Shown: positions 39,401-51,470 of the stretch, piece after piece
Position numbering within the stretch: position 1 is the first letter of the stretch
Layout: each line of letters starts with the position of its first letter
Source: Octopus sinensis
Taxonomy: Eukaryota
Length of the DNA stretch: 64,000 nt
NCBI RefSeq assembly: GCF_006345805.1
Contig: NW_021836000.1
Span: 1-64,000 of the forward strand
Reading direction: 5' to 3'
The notes under the pieces: generated by a model
The model's input: only the letters and a program-made list of their open reading frames with translations
Databases searched by the model: none
Told to the model about the DNA's origin: nothing
Program-made: the position numbers and the translations under genes

Positions 39401-40769
39401 TCTTTCCGTATCCTCAAGCCATGTGCTTTTTGTTAGGGGTTGCCTCGTAATGTTTTCATATGAGCATTGCCCGGCATAAATTATATCCGTGATTTCATTT
39501 ATGCTTGCAGGCGGAGAAGATAATATATAGTTCGAAATCACTGCATTAATTGCGACAAGAACATCAGTCTTTAGCAATTTATACGGAATCTTCTTTGTGG
39601 GCATTCTCGCATTTCGTGGGATTGACTTAAGTTCCTGAATTTGGAGATTAAACTCTTCCTTGCATTTACCATAAATGGAGATTTCTGTCTTTGGCAATAA
39701 GTAATCTGAGGTATCCACATTATTTCGACTGCCACAGCCATTAGAGCAGGGCTTTACATTCAGTAAGTTTTTCACATCAGAGACACTCTTTTGAGTGAGA
39801 AAGCGGACGTTGAAACATTCGGCAATAAGTCTCCATCCTCCACGAGGAATTCTGCCAAATCGTCTCTTCGCCGACTCCACAACACCAGAAATCCATTTGA
39901 CTTTGTCGTTAGAGTGTTCCTCCATTTGACTTTGTCGTTAGAGTGTTCCTCACCGATCACCGATTTAAGAGGGATTAGATGGGGTGAGACATGTTCGGTA
40001 GGAGAGTTTCCACAAATTTCATGGGGATCATGTAGCCCCGAAGACTTGCTTCTTACCAATAGTTGTTGGTTATCTCTAATATCTTTTGTAAGAGAGCCCT
40101 CAGGATTTGCTTGCAGACTGGTGAAAACAGACATACACGACACCACAAGAAATTCCGACTTTTTCAATAAACCTTACATTGTTGTTGAAATATTTTGACA
40201 AAATATTGAATATCAGATCTAAAACTTTAAAAATCACATCGCATACACATTGAAAAAGAAATAGCCAAAAGAATTGCCAAAATCCACTCATATATAATAG
40301 CTTCTATAGTTTTAAATTGTGAGTAAAGCATTGTAGAGACTTTGGCAAGAATAAAAAGTCCAATTAAATTCCCAATAAACCCAATGAGTGCTCCGGAAAA
40401 GAGTAATTTCTGAAGTGGGTATAACTATTAAAATTTTAAATGAAAATAAAAAAACCTGAAAATTGAAGGGAATTAAAATTCCAAAAGTGCACACAAATTC
40501 ATTAAGAAATAAAATAGTATTTAAAAAAATATAAATCAAACGGTGAAGAAACAAAATTGTAAAAAATAATGAGAAAAATGAACTTTGCGGTCGATGGTTA
40601 GCCATGTCACAGAACAGTTGTTTTTTATTTAATGTTACCTGACATAAGGAATTATATAGGTAGAGTTTATTTGTTTATTATTGTTTCATATTATAATAGT
40701 CCCAATCACTCCGACTGTGCCCCATATTAAATAAATAATAATTATTATATGAAAATAGCGAGTATACAT
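36406..40769 (-). pseudogene. TMEM150/DRAM (Frag1/DRAM/Sfk1) family pseudogene interrupted by a retrotransposon
   Basis: Paralog of 57795-58746: MYTRYFHIIII...IPYVS|DMANHRPQSSFF...SSFFEWMMLP...EFRELCVEV. Premature TGA, mutated acceptor, internal deletion, 3.6-kb insertion in the last intron. Confidence 0.85.
36552..40165 (-). mobile_element. RLE-type (R4/NeSL-like) non-LTR retrotransposon with 11-bp TSD
   Basis: TSD AATAAACCTTA at 36541-36551 and 40166-40176. RT (DVRKAFDSV, GILQGDSLSP, LLFIDD), CCHC (CNHC...HLATRC), RHN, KPDI...IIEVG...EK endonuclease. Several frameshifts, one caused by a 29-bp tandem duplication near 39893-39950. Confidence 0.95.
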
Positions 40770-41159
40770 TTTGCCCATATTCTACTCTATTGTCTTTTTA
40801 AAACAATGTTATATAACATCCAATTTTCTAGAAAGTCTCCACTAAAAAACACTTTCAACTGTAAAAATACATATTAAATATTCACAGAATTTCGGAACTT
40901 ATTTTATACTGAAGAAAAAATCATTAAATGAGAATGTTAATAATTGGTTAAGAAATAAATCTAATATTGACGATATTTTTAGAAAAGTCCGTCTGTTTGT
41001 ACAATAAACTTTTTATGATAAAAAATTTTTACATATTTTTTTTTACATATTTTAACTATTGTTTTTGAATTAAATATTTGTTTATATTAAATTTTAATTA
41101 TCATTGCTTGTGCTGTCCTGAAAACGTGTTAAAAGAAGGTATTATTAATAAAACATCAA

Positions 41160-41900
41160 GACCACGGTAAAACCGATCAAAAGTCACGGATCTAGATGCA
41201 CTCAACTAGGGACCTTATCTTCGCTTGATGATCTTAGTGACCGACCCCCATATGAGGTAGAAATCAGGTCGATTGGATGCACACACGTGAAGAACTTGAG
41301 TATTTAATTCTGGTTTTCATTGTATGTCTAAAATCTTGAGACGAGCCGATCCAAGTTAGTTTGAAGTTTTTCAGAGGCCTTTTGGATGTCCTGATCCCAT
41401 AAGGCCATTACGATGTCACCCTATATAAAACGACAACATCATTATTGTCGAGGGAGGTCACATGATCACATTACTAATGATAACATTACCAATGAAAAAA
41501 TTTCATTATGTAAAACCCTTCCGAAAACAAATGATGTGCGGTGAGCGACGGTAGGAGGCTGACAAATGGGAACTGGGCGAATCAGATATTCCCCACCTCT
41601 CTTTGGATCCGGAAAGCTGTATTGAAGATTTGGAGGCTAATGCTGATCGGTACAGACAGTTCCTTCTTCCTTGGTTTCTTCATTCGATTAGTTAGCTATG
41701 ACTGTTTGTGCTGGGTTTGCTAAGCAAGCTTGTGGGTTAATAAATAAATTGTCGAGGAAGGGCGGGAGATCTTCAGGAAAAGGTTGAAAAGGGTCGGGAT
41801 AAAAGGGATTCTTGTGGTACTCCGTTTGGCAGGAATCGAGACGTGGATTTCCGTTCTCAGAGTCAAAGGCTTTGTGGATGTTTACATAGCCAAACACGGT
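41160..41900 (-). mobile_element. LINE (I/Jockey-like) RT and C-terminal relics
   Basis: 41340-41450 is a reverse-strand homolog of 63137-63245; a downstream piece resembles a C..C...T..HLF terminus. The region is bracketed by a ~60-bp direct repeat (about 41085-41138 and 41931-41984). Confidence 0.6.
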
Positions 41901-42019
41901 CTTTTGGTGATTTGAATGAAATATTTTTTGTATTAAATTTCAATTAATATTGCTTGTGATGTCTTGAAAATGTGTTAAAAGAAGTAGAAAAATTATTCAA
42001 TAAAATTTTGTTTTTTACT

Positions 42020-42800
42020 CTGAATGGTGGAAAATTTTTTTGCAATTCACAATGAAAATATCCGAACTTGGTTGATAATACTCAAAAAATGCATCAGTCA
42101 AAGTATTCATGTGAACCTCTTTTCAGTAAACTTACGGGAATAAAAAGTAAGTATTGAAATCAATTGACTGGTGAACATTTAATTCAACGTACATCGTATT
42201 CGAACTCACTCTTAACAACAACAAGCCCTGCCGCAAGATGAAAACGAAATGTTGACATCTCGCTTGGGCCAGCCACATAAGATCAAGACAGAAAGAGAAC
42301 ATGTTATTAGGAAACTAACTAATCCAAAAGAAGACAATCCAAACGAAGACACGTGTCTCTGCTCCATCTGAACTTCACTCTTCGCTTTGATAAAATATTA
42401 GACGCCAAACAAAATCAAGTCTCACATTGATTCTCTTATTACGTAATAAAGCATTTTTTCTTTAATAAATAAAATCTTTTTTGTGTGGCCCGGAAATATA
42501 CTCTTTCTTGTCAATTTGACCCTTAAGCTATTTGGCCTTTATATATTAAAACCAAAACAATAAATGGGTTAAAGAGAAATTGATAATTAGAAAACTCGAA
42601 CTTTTAGAGTGTTTGTTCTCAACATTTGATGCTTTTGTGATCCGGATGACTAAATTGATTAAAATATTCTTACTCATCTGGTTTGAAGACAGATTTTTTC
42701 GATTCTTCACGGACCTAAAATCACAGTAGCTAGATAAGCATGATTTTGTGTTCTGGATGTTCATTTTCATGATTTTTGGAGTTCGGTTTTTTTTGGTTCA
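42020..42800. mobile_element. hAT transposase relics (C-terminal piece on +, N-terminal piece on -)
   Basis: Y.CE..FSKL..IKSKY.NQLT.EHL on the plus strand; BED-like remnant on the minus strand. Confidence 0.45.
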
Positions 42801-43685
42801 ATTTTTTGATTATTTTGTTTGTACAAATAAAGTTTATAGTCGACACTTTTATCATTAAAATCAGTTAGGACAATTCGGATATTCTTTCTTGTGACGTTTT
42901 CACTAATAAAGTGTTATCAAAACATCAAATATATTTTATACGTTCAATAATTCATTTTGTCTCAATAAGTATCACAAACCGAAAACGTTATGAGCAGTTC
43001 TGATTGAGAGGACTTATCTTTCCCATAAAAATTTTGCTAGAATAAATTGATAAATTAAATGTAAATTATCATAGGTTAAAAAGAGTCATTCAGTGTAATA
43101 AATGGTCTTCACATTTGGAATGCTACTTAATTGTTATTATTTGTTTCAATTAAAATCTTCATGGTGTCTCCAATAGAGTAAAAATACACTTAAAGCAGAA
43201 AAAAGTGACTATTTATAAATAATACAATCTGTTATACAGTGCTGGTAGAAAAAAACCGGTTTTGGAGTTACTAACTTTTTTTGACGGATAGCATTCAATT
43301 TTCCAACTGAATTGAATTCTTTGGAGTTGATTAGATTTATAATTTTTTTTATTTATAAAAAGTTTCATTAATCGTTTAAAATTTTGAAGATTTAAATTTT
43401 TGCGTGTGAATAAAAAACCGGTTTGCTTTATTGAGTGATATTTTAGTTATTGAATTTTGAGTTTTATAAGCAAATGTTAAATGCAAAAATTAAAGGAAAG
43501 ATCCAAAAAATATGGGACTGCTGATAGGATTCCTGGTTCGGACGTCTTAAAAAGCTTCAGAAAACAGACATTGAAATTCTATTACATCTTATAGAGTGCG
43601 ATCCAAAAAAATCTTCTAACACGTTGAGGAATGAAATAAAACATTTAACTAGTAAGAGTGTCTGTAGAAAGACAATTGGAACTTA

Positions 43686-44095
43686 CATGCCTGACAAAAA
43701 AAATTGGATTTGTAATAAATCGACTTTTTTTAAAATAAATAATAATTTAATTTTCTTACATCATTCTTGGTAAAATTAGAATTATTTTTTTAATTTGTAA
43801 AATTATTTTTGGCTTTTAGAATTTAATTTTAAAGCAGAATTTAAAATTTGCCGGACAAAAAAAAATTGGATTTTTGTTGTTTTTGATCTGATCTCGTATA
43901 AATGAAGCGTAATTCAAAAATCCATTTATCTGATTTTACAAAAGGAGTAATGATTGGATATTACTCTTCAGGAAAAACAATTGAAGAGATATCTAAAAAT
44001 ACTGAAAATTCTCAGATCAACCGTGGGATTTGTGACAAGAAAATTTTCCAAAGAAGGCACCTCTACGCGAAAAATTGGATCTGGACGTGGAGGGA
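43686..44095 (+). mobile_element. Second Tc1-like element, 5' end only, inserted at a TA of the first
   Basis: CATGCCTGACAAAAAAAATTGGA end with an internal repeat near 43850; HLSDFTKGVMIG...RSTVGFV.RKF...RKIGSGR paired-type HTH. Confidence 0.75.
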
Positions 44096-44504
44096 CATCA
44101 ACTTATTAAACTGACGAATGGTTAAACTGACGGTTAACCGACTTGATTTGTTAATACAATTAATTTTATTATAAAATATTATAGGAGAAATATTTATACT
44201 GATGACTACAAACGGAATCAGTAATACCATAAATATATGAACTATTCCCATATAATATTTCTCAATTTTTTCAAATCCCTCAATTTTCGTAGAAATACAC
44301 AAATAGCCGCCAATAGGCATTTTAAATGAGTGATAAAAAATCACGTATGGCACACATAGCATAAGCGACACCACAAGAACACACCCAAGTATAATTCTGG
44401 AGATTTTCGGGTTGCAATATGTGACATGGGCTGCGCGATACCAATGGGCCGCGTGATACCTGACGTGACCTTGAAATGTGCAATTATGACATTGATGGGA
44501 TTAA

Positions 44505-44820
44505 TTTTTTTTTAAATAAAAATAACCAATAACTACAAGTTAATTAATTAAAAGCTTCAAGGGCGGGAAGCCGACGCGATCGAGAAAGAGTTAGAGCGTA
44601 CTATCGCAAGGGACATCCGCTCGAAAAACCATCTCGATTCGCGGGCGTCGCCTGTGATGGCAGACATGCGGGACCCGATCTCCTGAACGAAGCTGATTGC
44701 CTTACTGCCCAAGGAACCGGAAGTCTCAACCGCGAATGGAAGGAATTGGAACTTCTCCGTAAGTGAGGAGTACTTCCGCATCTTTTTGCATTCCGCGGCT
44801 GTGACAATAGATCCAGGAGC
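44505..44820 (-). mobile_element. 5'-truncated CRE retrotransposon fragment
   Basis: KYSSL...FLPFAVETSG...ERMSLAIVRSN with a short poly(A). Confidence 0.8.
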
Positions 44821-45022
44821 GACCGCGACTCATTAAATTATAAATTTTTTAATTAGACCGCGACTCATTCTTATCATTTAATAATTTACTAAATTAGCTA
44901 AAGACTCTCTCATTTTGACAAAAAATTATATTTGTAGGAATTTAATTATCAGAAATTAATTTTTTTGGTGGAAAACCTAAATTTCTTGAGTTATTTCTAG
45001 CGTGCAAGTATATTTTGCAGCA

Positions 45023-45955
45023 ATGTCCGCGTACAAAGGTTATGTAAAGAATAGTTTGGAATATCAAATTTTAAAAGATGCTTTACAGGATAAATTTCCT
45101 GAACATCTTACAAAGCAAAAAAAATATAGACTAGTTAAGAAAATTGAAAATTTTACTGTAATTAATGAAAGGTATCATACAAATTGTAAATGTATAGATT
45201 GTATCTTAAATGTGCGAATTCAGATCACAAGCTAGTGATTTGTCTAGACAATGAACCCGAAATGGAGATCGTTGCTAAAAGTTTGCATGACTTCTCGCAT
45301 GGAGGAGTTAACAAAATTGAATATGAATGTCGACGACGATATTTCACAGTTAAAAATGAGATTATTCGAAAAGTCATTCGAAACTGTGAAATTTGTAAAT
45401 TTGCGCGACCCTTAAAAGTTTTAACTTTTTTAAATCCTAGATTGGAGATATAAATAACCATGTCTTTGCATCTTGCCCAAATGAAAGATTTCAGATAGAT
45501 CTTATAGATCTGAAAAGTTTTTCTACTATAAATAAAAATTTTAAATGGATTTTAACGGTCATTGACGTATATAGCAGGTTAGTTTTTTTAACAATTTTTA
45601 TAGATTTGCATTTGCAAGGCCGCTCTACACTAAGTCCTCAAATGAAGTTTGTAAAAACCACAGATCATTATTTTTCTTAAATGGTCCGTGTCAATTTCTT
45701 CAGTCCGATAATTGGACTGAATTCAAGAATCGTGAAATGACCAATCTATGTGAGGAATTCAATATCGAATTCACGGAAGGACAAACAATCCCCGCTCACA
45801 AGGGATTGTCGAACGCTTCAACCAGTCAATTACAAGAAAAATGGCAAAAATGATCGACAATGATAACAAAAAGTGGCTGGAAAAATTAGAAAATGCAGAT
45901 AGAAAATTCGATGAGCGAAATTTTGATTGTGCCAATGTCCAGACTTAAAAAATAA
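45023..45955 (+). pseudogene. HHCC zinc finger plus DDE (rve) integrase with three mini-introns; frameshifts and internal deletion
   Basis: H...HGGVNK...CEIC; ERFQIDLID; VIDVYS|RFAFAR; LQSDNG; QGIVERFN. Introns 45172-45197 (26 nt), 45418-45440 (23 nt), 45578-45603 (26 nt). Confidence 0.85.
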
Positions 45956-45965
45956 TTAACAAGTT

Positions 45966-46077
45966 TTTTTTTTTTTTTTTTTAATCAATAATAACTGTAA
46001 ACGAAAACAGAGAGAAAAGAGAGTTAACAAGAGGACTTCCCCGCCTCGTAGATGGAGAAACAGTTTCCACGTAAGTT
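45966..46077 (-). mobile_element. Very short CRE 3' insertion with TSD
   Basis: LRGNCFSI...*, poly(A); TSD ATTAACAAGTT at 45955-45965 and 46078-46088. Confidence 0.75.
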
Positions 46078-46122
46078 ATTAACAAGTTATTATTCTTTGA
46101 AGTTTAATATTAATTACAATAT

Positions 46123-46584
46123 TTTTTTTTTTTTTTTTTTTATAAAAAAAACAAAACTTTAATACAGTCAAATTAATTAATAGAGAATTAATGTCGTGAA
46201 CTTGAGGGTTAGTCCGACGACGAAGCACTGCGGATAGAGAGGCAGTTCCCGCGAAGAATTGCAACCGAGATGCGCTGGAAAAGCCAGCTCGTCTCCCTCC
46301 GGTCATTTGTATTCTGTGAGATTCTTCCTCCCACAACCCGTAACAGATTTTCTACCTTCTTTCCAACCACACCGGAGGTCTCAAAGGCTAGGGGGACAAA
46401 CTCAACGACGTTCGGAAGCACAGCGTACTTCGTCAACTTCCTTTCTTCTGCCAGCGCACATGCGTAGCCTGGTGTACTGGCTGTTCCTGTGAGCACAGTA
46501 TCTGAAAAGGAGTCGACGCAAGTTACATCCCAAACAAGAGACCTTCCTCCTCTAAAGGGGAATATAGTCATCCCGTCAGGAAGG
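46123..46584 (-). mobile_element. 5'-truncated CRE insertion with TSD
   Basis: PDGMT...LVWDVT...AILRGN, poly(A); TSD AATTACAATAT at 46112-46122 and 46585-46595. Confidence 0.85.
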
Positions 46585-46706
46585 AATTACAATATTGACA
46601 TTAAGTTAAGCTTCAAGGTCACGTCAGGTATCACGCGGCCCATAGGTGTCACGCAAACCATGTCACACAATATTTATTTCGTTTTAATGGATGTTTCAAA
46701 GATATA

Positions 46707-48015
46707 CAGTAGACTATCCATTTAACGAAAAAAAATTTAACGAAAATATTCATTTTACGAAAGTCAAATATTTTTTTACGTTTTTCCTTAGATAAATTCA
46801 AAAATAAAATTTTTTTTCTTTGTATTAGTGAATATTTAAATATATTTAACGAATATTTAAATAACGAAAATTAAAATTTTTGATAAAATTTTAAAATAAT
46901 TTTTCTCGCTATTTCTTTGTAGTAAACCATGTTTGCAAGGTGAACAATATGAAAAAAAAAGAAAAACTTATCAATTTCAACAAAAACTGGAAGTTATTGA
47001 TTTCAAGAAGAATAATCCTGCTGTTACTCAAGAAAATTTGGCTCAGCGAATAACACTGTTATTATGCACAAATATGGAAGGAGATAAAGAGCATCCGTTG
47101 GTAATCGGAAAATTCAAAAATCCTCATGGTTTTAAAAATATTAATATGAATAATCTTGGGATTCAATATGCAAAGTAATAAATCTTGGATGACCAGTTTA
47201 ATTTTTTAAAAACTGGGTTGAACGGTTAAATTCCAAAATGAGTGTGGAAAATAGAAAGATTTTGCTTCTTTTAGATAATGCGCCAGTTCACTATTTGATG
47301 GCGAATTCAGTAATATCGAATTGTATTTTCTTCCTCCAAGACAACATCTAAGATTCAACCAATTGATCAAGGGATTGTGCATTCATTTAAATCGTTGTAT
47401 AAAAAAGGAATGACTAGAAATTTGAGTATGGAACAAATATAGGAACATTGTCATATACAGATGAACTTACCAAATTCAAATTAGTGAATGCTCTACCTTT
47501 AATTATTGAGGCTTGGAACAAAGTCACAGTGGACACTATCAAAAATTGCTTTAACAAGGCATTAAATAATTGGGCGAAGATAGATGAAAAAATACTTGAA
47601 GAATCCACTGACGAAAAAGGTATTAAATTTAAATCACCTTACAATTAAAGATAATAAAAGTGAAATTATGATTGAGTTTCCTGTCTGTGCACCTGTCGTC
47701 TGCGAAGAAAACGCATATCTTGATACAATACAATGTGAGAAGAAAATGAGCATGAAGAAATAGATAGCACAAATGACAATCCCATTGGTTATGCAGATGC
47801 ACTTAAATATTTGGAAAATATTGAAAAATATTTTTTGCAAGAATCTGGTGAACATATTCACCTAATTACAAATTTGAGAAATATATTGGCAAAAATTAAA
47901 AAGAAGGAACCTAAAATTACCGATTACATGACACATTTTTAATTAAACATTTTTTTTCGTTAAATTCATTTAACGAATGCTCAATTTTCATTTTCGTTAA
48001 ATGAATAGTCTACTG
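46707..48015 (+). mobile_element. Internally deleted pogo/Tigger element
   Basis: TIR CAGTAGACTAT.CATTTAACGAAAA at both ends, TA TSD; RITLLLC, VIGKFKNP, LDNAP, IQPIDQG. Confidence 0.9.
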
Positions 48016-48383
48016 TATATAATTCACAAGTAAAGCACAAAATGAGCATTGGAGAGGCAAATTGAGCAAAGTAATCCGCCCACATTTATTTTGCAAGCTA
48101 AATGTGTATTCCAAAATGTAATTATTAGACATAAATTGCCTGGGAGGCCGATTATTGACCAAAAAATGAGGAAGAACCTTTCAACTTGGATTGTGTATTC
48201 TGGATGTAGGTTGAACGAAGGGAAACTCATTTAGAATGCATTAAATTAATCTGCTTAAATATTATTTTTTGTATTAAATATTACAAATATCCGTCAACGT
48301 CATTATTCCTTTAAATATGTCGCGAGCGCTGAGATCGATCTATCAATGATTGTCAAAGATAAAAATAATCTATTACATCAAAG

Positions 48384-48570
48384 TTAGTTAAGGTTAGTTA
48401 GTTAGTTATGTTACCCCGGCTTCACTAACATGTAGGAAGCCGGCTGTAATCAGGTAGCGAGACGCGAAGATCGGGCGCTCCCAGAGATCCCGAATCCCAA
48501 TAGGCGGAGACAAGTGAGGCGGTCCAGGGAAGGGGAAGAGGTCTTCAGGGGTGAAGGAACGGTATGTTTC
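48384..48570 (-). mobile_element. LINE 3' end with (TAAC)n-like tail
   Basis: DLWERP...YL terminal motif followed by TAACTAACTAAC repeats. Confidence 0.55.
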
Positions 48571-48619
48571 GAAAGTTAGCTAAGGTCAATTATTGACAAT
48601 TAATACATGATAATTAACC

Positions 48620-48905
48620 ATTATTTAAGTCGTCTTGAATTTTTTTAGTCGCCTTTAATGAACTTTCTTAATAGACCCAGCACTTTGTGACTTTGACAAA
48701 ATTGTTAGACAATTTTGTTAGACTCTTTTTGAATGTGTTTTATCCACTCTTTTTTATCATCCGAACCCATCAATTTTGATAAACTCCATGTGATTGTCTG
48801 ATTAAATCTTTCAACTATCCACTGACTCTGTGGATTGTTGGGTCGTCTATGAATTTGAACAATTTTGTACTCTTGACAGACTTTTCTTATATGGTCATTC
48901 TTGAG
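48620..48905 (-). mobile_element. rve integrase fragment (Ginger-like)
   Basis: HRRPNNPQSQWIVERFNQTI...W motif. Confidence 0.7.
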
Positions 48906-48909
48906 ATGA

Positions 48910-49530
48910 AATCTGGGCCGCCGACTCGTCTTCGAAGATGAAACCAGAGCTAGACCAACACCGGCTAGCGTGCCTAATCTCGGCCGCACATCCTCACAGC
49001 GGCTCATGGCTCGGCGCCTACCCATCTACATCAACAGGAACCTTTTTGGATGACGACTGCCTGAGGATCGGGATCTCCCTTCGGCTTGGCCTCAACATAT
49101 GCAGCATCCACCGATGCCGATGTGGAGCCAAAGTCGACGCTAAAGGGCTCCACCCTCTTTCGTGTCGCAGGAGTGCTGGTCGATATCCCCGCCACGCCTC
49201 GTTAAATGACGTCGTGTTTAGAGCCCTCAAGGCTGCAGGCTTTCCGTCACAACTTGAGCCTGTCGGATTGGACCGTGGTGACGGCAAACGCATAGACGGA
49301 ATGACAATCTTTCCTTTTCGGGACGGCAAGTGATGCTATGTGCATCGATTCTTTCTCTCCATCGGCAATCATGTCATCTGCCACTTCCCTCGGGTCCGCT
49401 GCGGAAAAGGCTGAGACGGCCAAAATTAAAAAATACCAAGAACTTGGACGCCGTTTTATATTCGTACCAATCGCTTTGGAGACATCGGGCGTCGCAGGGC
49501 CTCTAACCTCGGCCTTTATCAGCGACTTAG
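48910..49530 (+). mobile_element. CRE retrotransposon 3' fragment
   Basis: HSGSWL, CRCG...HPLSC, RHASLND, DGM, FVPIALETSG. Confidence 0.85.
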
Positions 49531-49658
49531 CCCCCCCGGAGTTTCCCCTCTTTCCATTCCTAACTTCTAACTTAATTATTTTAGTTATAATAAAAAGATT
49601 TTAATAATAAAAAAAAATTAAATAAATAGCGCACAACGAATTTAATTTTACTTGTGGT

Positions 49659-51470
49659 ATGTACATTAAGTCAATTGTAATTGACGGCTTCAAGTCATAT
49701 CCACGTCGTACCGAGATAAAAGACTTTGACAGCCAATTCAATGCTATAACCGGCCTCAATGGTAGTGGAAAGTCGAACATTCTCGATTCCATTTGTTTTC
49801 TACTCGGAATCACCATTCTCTCCCAATTACGAGTCAACAACATGCACGAACTTGTCTACAAGTCCGGCCACGCTGGAATAAACAAGGCCTCTGTTTGTGT
49901 AACATTCGACAACAACAACAAAAAGGACAGTCCAGCAGGCTACGAGAAGTACGACGACATTGTAGTCACCAGACAAGTAATTTGTTCATTTAAAATCAGA
50001 TTTCTATCGGTGGGAGGAACAAATACCTTATAAATGGAATAAACTCAACAAATACTCGAGTACAGGACATGTTTACGTCTGTTCGTCTCAACATAAACAA
50101 CCCAAATTTCCTGATAATGCAAGGAAGGATAACAAAAGTCCTCAATATGAAGCCTGTCGAGGTTTTTTGGTCAAATATTTCAGATTTTGTTGATGATTGA
50201 GGAGGCAGCCGGGACTGGGCTGTATGAAATGAAGAGAGCCCAGGCCTACAAGACAATTAAGAAGAAGGAGTGCAAGTTAATAAAGTTTTACGTGTTTTTT
50301 TCGAATTTTTAGGTCATAGAAGCAGATATTGGACCACTTTTGACTAAATTGGACGCGGAAAGGTCGTTTTATTCGGAATATCAGCCTTCGAATGATCAGT
50401 GTGGCCCTCATGTACTCCTCTACACAGGTATTTACACTTTTTTCATATTTAGAACGAAGTGGAAGAATATAAAGAAAAGATATCAGAAATTGAAACAAAG
50501 TTGAGTGAGAATAAACGCCGGTTGGGTGAGATTGAGAAGGAATGTGGTCAAATTGAGAGAGAAATTACAAGAAAAGGCGCGGGAAATGATAATGTTGGTT
50601 TTTTTGCTGGCAATTTTAGGACGAAATTGACAATCGAGTAGCGAAACTGCAAGCAGAACTGGACGAGAAAATGTTAGTGCAAACTAAACTATCGGCTCAA
50701 CAAAACGCCAAGAAAGAGCAGGTTATATCCGAGGAAAACAAACTAAAACAACTGATCAGACAGAAAGACGATGTTATTACGTAATCAATATGTTTAGGAG
50801 ACAAAATCGTTAGCAGAACGAAGGTTGATTCGGGTAGATCAGAGAAGAAGATTGCCAGTCTGCAAGAGGAGACTGATTTGGCGGCTAAGCGACTATTGGA
50901 ATCAGAGTTCTACTATAATGCACTGTCCACTGGTATTTCCGTGGATGGAAAGAGGAACACTCTTCAGCAGCAGTTGATTGGTAGTGGGTGATAGTAATGG
51001 GTAGACGCAAAGCATGGGGTGTCAGTGTTGGAGACTCAGATTAGACAGACAGAGCTGGAGTATTGTGGCAGTGATGATTGGTAGGTCAATCCAGATTCGG
51101 TCCCGCTTGAAGAAGAGTAGTGAGGACATGAAGAGCACGGAGGATGACTCGACTCCGACTGAAAGGGAGATTGACAAGATGAATGTCGAATTGGAGCAAA
51201 TGAGGAATGAAATAGTCCAAATTGACCAAAAACTGAACATTTATGACAAAAATGAAATCAATTCTAAAAAACAAGACTGAAGAGTGAGATAGCTTCACTA
51301 CAACATAACGTGGACAGTTTACAGTTGTGTTGAGTACATATATCGTAGGACAAGACAATTTAGCTTCCAAAACACGGAAGTCTGCGGTCTCGGGTGACCT
51401 TTATTCCCCTGAATCGAATCGTCCCCAACAAAATATCTGACCAAGTATTAGAAAATGCACAGAGACTAGT
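49659..51470 (+). pseudogene. SMC2: Condensin SMC2 5' half, intron-retaining, with internal deletions and frameshifts; truncated in the hinge
   Basis: [74 protein letters not shown], coiled coil, hinge RVTFIPLNRI...VLENAQRL at ~51390-51470, then junction to the Tc1 3' half. Confidence 0.88.

Larger units (their letters stand above)
44420..46667 (+). mobile_element. Ginger2/TDD-like integrase DNA transposon (TGT...ACA, ~55-bp TIRs, 5-bp TSD CAATA)
   Basis: TIRs TGTGACATGG...GGGCCGCGTGATACCTGACGTGACCTTGAA at both ends; TSD at 44415-44419 and 46668-46672; encloses the integrase gene and three CRE inserts. Confidence 0.88.
44063..48230 (-). pseudogene. Class A (rhodopsin-like) GPCR pseudogene in three pieces separated by nested transposons
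   Basis: 48230-48016: TM1 GLPGNLCLI, TM2 start, TM3 end FTCELY. 46706-46673: ISLKHPLKRNK. 44419-44100: CNPKISRIILG...LCVPY (TM4), ECL2 Cys, LLIPFVVI (TM5). The pieces join exactly once the TSD-bounded inserts are removed. Confidence 0.8.

Noticed and set aside
48384-48410. Telomeric or chromosome-breakage repeat (GTTA)n
   Set aside because: Short, and directly follows a LINE C-terminal motif, so it is best explained as the element's 3' tail.
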